From: Eledone cirrhosa
Taxonomy: Eukaryota
DNA: 64,000 bases
NCBI GenBank assembly: GCA_964016885.1
Contig: OZ024741.1
Location: 151,218,001-151,282,000, forward strand
Reading direction: 5' to 3'
Shown: positions 53,526-64,000 of the stretch, piece by piece
How the letters are laid out: every line of letters starts with the position of its first letter
How positions within the stretch are numbered: position 1 is the first letter of the stretch
Notes under the pieces: model-generated
The model's database searches: none
Told to the model about the DNA's origin: nothing
What the model saw: the letters and a program-made list of their open reading frames with translations, nothing else
Position numbers and translations under genes: made by a program

Positions 53526-54243
53526 ACATGGGGTTGGCTTAAACATTCGCCCTGTTTAACATCAACAGTATCTATTCGGTATCTACTTCGGTATCTATAT
53601 CGGTAACTACTATATTACAATCAAATGAAATCTCTTTTTGTGGATTATTTCTTCCCTCAATCCCACATTCCCCGACGGACCTGAAAATGGTCCTATGTCC
53701 CAAACACAGGGACATATAGGCGACTACTTATCTCAGTTTCATTGGCGTAAACGACTATTTGTCAGGGCCTTGATTCTCAACCGTTTTTGGTATTCATTTT
53801 TTCCATCTCCGCAACGGGATATAGAGTGCCTTGATGAAGGACCCAGTGTAAAAGGAAAATCAAAAGAAAAAGAAAACATAGATTATTATTATTTATTTTC
53901 CAACTTTTAATTATGGGCTGTCTAAAATAATATATATCGCCAAACACATATATATACACAGAAAATATAACATCACCTAGTAATTTTAGAGATGCACACA
54001 GACTAGCTGCCATATGGCTGTACAAATATTATTTAATGAATCAAATAAATATTATACATAAATCTATTTTATATGATTGGTGTCTGTTTCTTGTGGTGAC
54101 AATATTGCGTGATGAATAAATCATTCCCACTTATTATGAATATGAATTAAGCTAAAAATGTCTGTTGCATGGGTTGCTATATTCATTTCACACAGTGGCC
54201 AACTACTGTTTACGTACTATATACATTTATACACACACACACG

Positions 54244-54323
<80 letters not shown>

Positions 54324-54457
54324 AATAAATATATATATATGTATATATATATATATTTTTCGGCTCTGTTTGATAACATTGAGCTATCACTTGTACTGTC
54401 ATTTCTCTAATGCGACGAGTGTGTTTGACTCTAATGCACTCAAGTGTTTTTATCTTA

Positions 54458-55218
<761 letters not shown>

Positions 55219-55261
55219 TAACAGGGATATATATATTAAAATAACGGGATCTTATTATTAA

Positions 55262-55394
55262 CGGCCCTTGCCATTCTGAGTTCAAATCCCGCCGAGGTTA
55301 ACTTTGCCTTTCATCCTTGCGGGGTCGATAAAATAAAGTACCAGTAATACACTGGGTAATTTGCTGGCCTTGTGCCTAACGTAGAAACAATTAT
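55262..55394 (+). mobile_element. 5'-truncated SINE
   Basis: B box, core and tail. Confidence 0.9.
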
Positions 55395-55406
55395 TACTAT
55401 TATTAT

Positions 55407-55447
<41 letters not shown>

Positions 55448-55448
55448 A

Positions 55449-55577
<129 letters not shown>

Positions 55578-55582
55578 TATAC

Positions 55583-55683
<101 letters not shown>

Positions 55684-55789
55684 TATATATATATATATAT
55701 ACACACATATATATATAGTTATAAATATTTACTCGTTGTTAACCCAACAATTTAAATATAACTTTCCATATATATATATATATATACAC

Positions 55790-55842
<53 letters not shown>

Positions 55843-56872
55843 TATATATATATATATACACACATATATATATATATGTATATATATACATATATACATA
55901 TCATGATCCTCATGGTCATCACCGTTTTACGTCCATCTTTTCCACGCTATCATAGCTTAGACGAGTTTTTACTCTCTGACTTCAAATCTGCAACTGGGCC
56001 ATTCATCCTTTTAAGGTGGATACAAGTCCTAGTTGTACTAGTTAAGTGCTGGGGTCAATCGACGTACCCCCCTCATCCCGTGACTGCAAAGTGGCTAAAT
56101 GATAGAGAATTTCGTTTCGGATTCCTTCGCTCGAGGATTCGATTCCATTGCATGGAATTTGGGGCAAATATCATTTGCCATAGATTGGGATCGATATATG
56201 CATTGTGAATGAAATTAGATAAACAGAAACTACTGTCGGATCTACTATACCTGTAATTCAAAGGGGCAACATTGTAACCGAGCATTCCGTCAAAGTTGCA
56301 GGTGTCTATGGAATGATTAGCGACATAGACCTTAACTTCATGAGAAGACTGTTCCTTTGTACAAACAACTGGAGCATTCATCATCGAAATGGATGGAGAT
56401 CCCTTTACTAACCTTCCCTTTTTTTCTTTTTACTAGCATTGTACATAAATTAGACGACATTATTTCTTACCGAAGAATTTTGGTTTCCTTGTATTCTCAG
56501 ATCAAATGATGACCTTCTTCGTTGGTAAATGTTATCGGTCACTTCGACTCACACTACCATCAGGGCATTGTATTCTAGTACGTAAGTGTACACATACTTA
56601 AAACGGCAAAGGAATCTATGAATATTGATATCTGTGCCAAATGGCTCATACAAAGTATAACCACCCTGCCCCACATATACATATATCAACATACACACCC
56701 GATCACACACGCTGCAGTTTTCGCCTACGAATTTCCACTCATAAGCTTTTTTGAAGCCAGGGCTACAATAGAGGACAATTGCCCAAGCGCCGCACATTGG
56801 GACTGAAACCAAAGCATATGGCTGCAAACATAACGCCTTAACCACAGTCATCCCTGTAACTATACACACGCG

Positions 56873-56979
<107 letters not shown>

Positions 56980-57110
56980 GTGAAAAAATTCAGGACCCCG
57001 AAGGCTGAGCTTCGGCCGTTTCAATTGGTAGTTCAGAGACCCACTCTACAACCCGAAGTATCGAGTAGTCTGGTGAGTAATCGTCTAACTGGTTTTTTTT
57101 CGCCTTTATC

Positions 57111-57185
<75 letters not shown>

Positions 57186-57276
57186 GTATGTAAAAGGTAA
57201 ACAGAAATAACAACACAATCGGTACAGTATATGGAAGGTATATATTAGGTTAAAGCTTGATATAGCTGGAAGGGGG

Positions 57277-57312
57277 TCTTAACGTTTCGACCGCTAGTCC
57301 TTCACCAGAAGA
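57277..57312 (-). ncRNA. Degenerate minimal hammerhead
   Basis: Reverse complement reads tctt CTGGTGA aggactagcggtc GAAACGTT aaga; A6 is changed to G. Confidence 0.5.
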
Positions 57313-58867
57313 AAGAATGAGAAGGCGGGATGGAATTGGAACAAATGTCTTTAGATAAAAATAACAGGTCCATTCATGTTGACATCTCTTGCAAAACTGT
57401 TGGTGCTGGCATGCATATATATATATACGTATAAATACATATAACTTTAAATATACCTCCGTGTCTTTTTACTTTCACATTTTACCCGTATATATATATA
57501 TATATATATGAGGGGGGTTGGCACATATCAAATATTGGTTCAGAAATTAATATATATGTCGTTATTTCAACATTCTTTTGAATAATAAAACTCACGCAAG
57601 GTGTGTAAAATTATGTATATTTTTAATGTTTATTTTATACCTTTTCTCTCTATGATGTCTGTTCTTTTATATAAATTGCATTTTATCAATTTTCTTTTTT
57701 ATATACACAAACGATTGAGAGTGCCAAAGTCAAAATCGACTTTTAGCATACCGCGGTCATTAAATCAACAAATAAATCACTAGTCTGGTTATTGGGGCCA
57801 ATTGCTCTTTTAGAATCTGTCAATGAAATGTATGTAAGGAAAACACTTACATCATCCAGTTCTCTCGATATTGGGGATTGAGCAAGAGTTGAAGGACTAG
57901 TAACCTTTTCTCAAAGATGCAACTAAGAAGGGAATGTTGTACACAACACAGCACGGAACGGAATGAAGCCCATAAAAAGACGGAATATTCATGTTTGGAA
58001 TGTCCTTGATAATCATATGTCTACCTGATCAGGGCGAACCTGAGGCTAAATATCAATAACAACAACAAAACAAGTGCACAGTGAAAATAATATCTGCTTG
58101 TTTTTCTATCTGACAAGAAGGATGAAGGATGAAGCGAAACAGAATTTGCGGTTTTCGACATGTTTAGGTGACGTCATTCTTTAGGGAAACAATGTTTAAC
58201 AGATGGACAATGGGATTGCACTAACCACTCACGCCAATAAATGGACATAAAAAGCAGCAGAATTAAATGTAGACTAAGAACTTGAGATTTTGCGAAACAA
58301 TGCAATAAAATATAATGTAAAAATAAACTTTTGTTACAGACAATAATACAAATGTCACCTTTTACTCTCTTATTCTCTCTATGTCTATCTCTTGTTCCAT
58401 CTATGTTTCTCTCTCTCTATCTTTCTCTATATATATATGCATATATTATATGCATGTTATGCTATATTATGTTATATTACGTTATGTTATGTATGTATGT
58501 ATGAATGTACGTGTGTATGTGTGTATGAATATATGAGTTTATGTATGTATGTATGAATGTATGTGTGTATGTATGTATGTATGTATGTATGTATGTATGT
58601 ATGTATGTATGTATGTATGTATGTATGTATGTATGTATCTGCCAGTGTATCTCTCTTCCTTTCTCTGTCGCTCCCTCAGCCCCTGTATCTCTATCTCCCA
58701 GACAGAAATATTGCTTTTAAAGTAACTACGAAAATATGAAATCTGAGAGATTGAAATAAAAAAAACTGTCTATACGTTTGTGGGAGATCTTAATATGCAC
58801 CATTTTCTCTTTAATTCAGGCTTTGTCACGGGAGAAATAACAAACACAACCATGACAACAAATGTTG

Positions 58868-59085
<218 letters not shown>

Positions 59086-60834
59086 GTTTTCCAATTTAAA
59101 CACAAGGCCAACACTTATTGAGTTTCTCGCATAGAGACAGACAAGCGATAAGTGTAATTTTCGAAGAGATTGTTACCAGTATTTCACTGACATTTATTTT
59201 TTCAATGTAGACCATGTTTGGACTTTTAAATAAAAAAGTAACGACACCTAAAAATTCGTTCCCAATATATTTTGCTGATATTGTTTATGATTGTAGGGAA
59301 ATGTTGACTTTGTTGTTGTTATTACATTTATATGTGGAGGCTGCATGATCGAATCGTTAAGAGGTTAGCTTTGCTTTGCAATCATTTGATCTCGAATTCG
59401 ATTCCACTACAAGGTATCTTGGGCATGTGCTATTTACCATATGTTCCGATCCACCCAAACATAGTGGACTGCTCTCATAATTCATAGGGCCCAAACATAC
59501 GGACTACTCTCGTAATTCATAGGGCCCACTTTGTTACACACGGTGTCAAAGCTGTATTTCCCTGTGAATTACATTAAACGTACATGTGTCTGGGGACTGT
59601 TCAGCTACACACAGATAATTGTTAGAACATGCTGTTCCGTTGATCAAACAATTTATATCCTCATTGTCAAAACTGACGGAAGTCCTTTATAATATTTTGT
59701 GAAGAATACAAAAACACAATTGGTTAATACTGCACGTCTTTAGTCTCGTTTACATTCCAAATTATTTAATTTTTTGTGTCTTGCCAATTTATATATTTCT
59801 TACTTCCATTACCAAAAAATAAAACTGTTAGTTTCTTTCTTTCGTTTGGTGTCTATTCTTACTATAAAGAGTTATTTTCTCGGCCTCTTCTCCATTGAAT
59901 TATTGCCAAATATATTAAGCAGGCTCCATATTATGCATCAGTAATTACATTTGAGGTTGTTTTAGGGACATGACGTTCTATTCTGTAAATGATATATTTT
60001 GTTTCGACTCGGAACAAAGCCAAAACGCATAAAGTATTCATGCAGTTGATTAAATTAACCGGCGTACATCACTGGTACTTCTCTTTAGGCCAGTTTAGAG
60101 AGGGTGGTAATGACAAGTGGGATATTTGTATGGGGCTCCAATTTTGAGGGTGTAAGTTCATATATACTGTGTTATGTGTAAGCATATCGTGTACACTGCC
60201 TGTTTCCTTGTTCTTTCCATCCTCACTGTTGATGGTCAGTGAACATTGACAATTCCTTCAATGTACATCTATATTATGCTGTATGTCCATTATTCTTAAC
60301 GGAAAAAAATGTGACGCCAATAGGTCCTGAATACTCGTGCGACTATTACTCAGCAGCTAGTTACCTTTAGTTCAAGGATGAAGCTTTTATTCATGTGTAA
60401 GGTTGTCACCAAGGTGACTAAAGAGTCCCAGCTATCCTGGTTTTAATATTAGAGTGATAATTCTAGACACACTGCAAACCGAGCATAATTGGATGGTCGT
60501 TCTCTCCTGAGTTCCTCTGCCCTTTGAATGATTTTGTTTTTACCTCCCTTGGGATGCCGAAAATTAATTCTCTTCACCAAGCAAGCTGAGTGCCGACGAA
60601 CAGAACATGAAATAGATTGTCTTTGGTTACATGTTATCAGTAGCTCTCGAGAGCGAGCTGACAAGGATGTACACTACAATGTAGTGTACATCCTTGTAGT
60701 AACTACATGCATACATTTATACCTGTAACTTCTATATATTTCCATACGTATGTCACCGGTGGCACTCTTTTGTATTTTACCCAGTCATACATACACATAC
60801 ACGCAATTAGACAGATGCACACACGAACAAATAA

Positions 60835-60881
<47 letters not shown>

Positions 60882-61045
60882 TATTATAATATACATACAT
60901 ACACATACCTGAAGTCGTGAGTTTGTGATTTCGATTCCCGGACCGGGCTATGTGTTATATCTTTGAGCAATACACTTCATTTCACGTTGCTCTTTCTTCC
61001 TAGATTTGCGGCCGACAGATGGGATTACCAATTGGAAACATTATT

Positions 61046-61421
61046 TTGGTGGATTGGCAGTATCGGTAGAGGGTCGGACGCCATGCTTTCCAGCATAGTT
61101 ACGTCCCTTTACGATCTGAGTTCAAATCCCGCCGAGGTTGACTTTGCCTTTCATCCTTACGGGGTCGATAAAATAAAGTACCAGTAATGCACTGGATAAT
61201 TGCTGGCCTTGTGCCTAAAGTAGAAACAATTATTTTGGATTGGCAGTATCGGTAGAGGGTCAGATGACATGCTTTGACGCATAGAGTTAGGGCCCTTGCC
61301 ATTCTGAGTTCAAATCGCGCCGAGGTTAACCTTGCCTTTCATCCTTACGGGGTCGATAAAATAAAGTACCAGTAATGCACTAGGTTATTGTGGCCTAGTG
61401 CCAAAAGTAGAAACAATTATT
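61046..61421 (+). mobile_element. Tandem dimer of young SINEs (61046-61233, 61236-61421)
   Basis: Two head-core-tail units in tandem. Confidence 0.92.
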
Positions 61422-61526
61422 TCCTGTGTCCAATTTAACGAGCTACACCCTACTCGTTAAGTGAGTGATGTCTGGGATATTGTCGATCAACTGTTGATAC
61501 ACAAACACACACCCACACACACGCTT

Positions 61527-61568
<42 letters not shown>

Positions 61569-62414
61569 GATGATGATGATTTCCTTCGAATGAAACAGTT
61601 CTAGTCCTGTAGAAGCCATTTCTATATTATATATATATATTTAGCTCCCACTTAGTTTTCGTCCACCAAAATTCCACTTACAATTTATTGGTTGGGCCAT
61701 CTTTAATGCGTTTACGGTAGAAGAGACTTGAGACTTGCCTAAAAGAACCATTTAGTACGACCGAAACCGAACTTCGTCTGCTTCACAACACACACACACA
61801 GAGCTTTTTAGAAACAAAACAGTCTGCTTTATTCTTATTTAAACCTTTTTTGTTTTTACTTCTATGTAATTATATTTTCAATTTAAAACATCATTGTTAA
61901 TTCATATTTAGAAAAAATACAAAAGGCCTTTTGTTTCATGTTCATTCGTACAATCAATCAATTAATCTACGTTGTGTCTTAAGTATTCTTGAAGACTTAC
62001 TGTAGTTACTTTGTAACAATTCTCTATTTTTATTCAACTTCATCCTGCCTCAAGGTTGTTGGGTTTTTAGAACGAACCGACAACAGACTTTATATTATTG
62101 TTCTATTAAAAGAATGATAGAGTGATAATGAACGATATAACCCTGGATTAAAATATTTTAAAGTATTAGTATTTATCTTTGGTTCTCGATATATGTACTG
62201 AGTTTACAGCTTATAGAACCTATATAACCATATTTACGTATACCATGCATGTCTGAGAGAAAATCTTTATATATATACGTTTGTGTATGTTTATATGTGT
62301 GTGTGCGTGTGTGTGGAGGAAAGAGTCCATGCTGAGTGCGTATATGTGTATGTATGTATAAATGCAATACACTTGATGTAGAGATAAATGGGCATTTTAA
62401 GCCAATTTCCTACA

Positions 62415-62454
<40 letters not shown>

Positions 62455-62457
<3 letters not shown>

Positions 62458-62648
62458 TTTAATGTAGATGAGATTCTACAGGACTAGAACTGTTTCATTC
62501 ATTAGAAATCATCAGGGATTCCTGATGATTTCTAATGAATGAAACAGTTCTAGTCCTGTAGAATCTCATCTACATTAAAACTGTTATACTCTGCTATGTA
62601 TTGAGTACCTTACTTACTGAGGTTACCTCCGATTCAACCCGGAATAAC
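62455..62648. mobile_element. Perfect 62-bp-arm palindrome of family A, in (TA)n
   Basis: 62455-62516 / GATT / 62521-62582. Reads CTGATGA tttctaatgaat GAAAc agttcta GTC. Confidence 0.9.
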
Positions 62649-62739
<91 letters not shown>

Positions 62740-62930
62740 GTGAGAGGTGGGAGGGCGTTAAAGAATCGATCCCAATAGAAGATGCAGCAAAAGAGATGAA
62801 TGGAGAAAGAGAAATGTGAATGGGGTCATAAAGGTTTGCGGAAGAGAGGCAAAAGAAGTAGAAATTGAAAAGAAGTAGAAGTGGGAGAGATAATTGAAGA
62901 GTGACGGAATTCGCTAACATATAGCCATGC

Positions 62931-63053
<123 letters not shown>

Positions 63054-63089
63054 AAAGAAACCAAAGAACGCTTACATACTCAAACAGTC

Positions 63090-63149
63090 TTTATTCACTT
63101 ACAATGTTTCATCCTCACCTTTTGGCAGAATTCCTCAGAGCCTAATAAA
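63090..63149 (-). ncRNA. Type I hammerhead ribozyme motif
   Basis: Reverse complement reads tttattaggct CTGAGGA attctgccaaaaggtgaggat GAAA cattg TA agtgaataaa; lies ~40 nt from (TA)n. Confidence 0.75.
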
Positions 63150-63572
63150 TACAGTATTGAGTATAAGTTCCACAAAAACCTAGTGTCACGAATAATCAGA
63201 ATAAAGATAGGGAGATCGGAGATGGCGAACAAAGAGGTGCATGCTGGTGTGGTTAAGCATCTCTGCTAAATGCCAAAGCATAAGCGGATTCAACAAGATG
63301 AAGATATATTAGATGGCACACAAAAACAAAGAATGTAAAAGCAAAAAATGCAAAAGCATAACAAAAATACATAAAAAATACAGACAAAGATTAAAACATA
63401 ATATAAATTATAATAAAGTAATAACAAATAAAAAATATAAAAATAATAAAGATATTAAAATAAAATAAAATAAAGTAATAAAAAAAAAATATAAAAATAA
63501 TAAAGATAATAAATTAAAATAAAATAAAGTAAAATAATTAAAAAATTAATAAAATATAATGAAAAATAAATA

Positions 63573-63762
63573 AATAATTGTTTTTACTTTTAGCACAAGG
63601 ACAGCAATTACCCAGTGCATTACTGTTACTTTATTTTATCGACCCCGTAATGATGAAAGGCAAAGTTAACCTCGGCGGGATTTGAACTCAGAATGGCAAG
63701 GGCCGCAACTCTTTGCTGCAAAGCATGTCGTCCGACTCTCTACCGAAACTGCCAATCCCGCC
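63573..63762 (-). mobile_element. tRNA-headed SINE
   Basis: Head, B box, core and tail, within A-rich low-complexity DNA. Confidence 0.9.
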
Positions 63763-64000
63763 TTTTATAAAAATAATAAAATAATAAAAGATAAGATAAT
63801 AAAATAATATAATAAAATTAAAAATTAAAAAGAATTAAAAAGATTTAAAACATAAAAAAATTAAAAAATTAAGAAATTAAAAAAAAAGTTAATTTTTTTT
63901 TTTTTCATTAAAAAAATAAAGATAAAAAATAAAGATAAAAAATAAAGATAAAAAATAAAGATAAAAAATAAAGATAAAAAATAAAGATAAAAAAAAAAAA

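Noticed and set aside
61046-61421. tRNA genes
   Set aside because: A/B-box motifs belong to SINE heads; no cloverleaf.

Overview
AT-rich, microsatellite-dense eukaryotic intergenic or intronic DNA. The repeat make-up suggests a mollusc, probably an octopus-like cephalopod (inference only). No intact host gene is evident; one or two candidate exons are noted. Most ORFs in the track are microsatellite translations. Real content: two Penelope-like elements (Naiad-type RT/GIY-YIG), R4/Dong-type LINEs with a restriction-like endonuclease, Tx1/L1, RTE and possible CRE fragments, a deletion-derived Helitron and many tRNA-headed SINEs with a Nin/Deu-like core. The main observation is about ten sequence-distinct type I hammerhead ribozyme (HHR) motifs (CUGANGA...GAAA...NUH with stems read by eye). 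Nearly all lie in fold-back elements inserted in (TA)n tracts, with the ribozyme minus-strand in the left arm and plus-strand in the right arm. Coordinates were read by hand, and boundaries may be off by a few to tens of bases.
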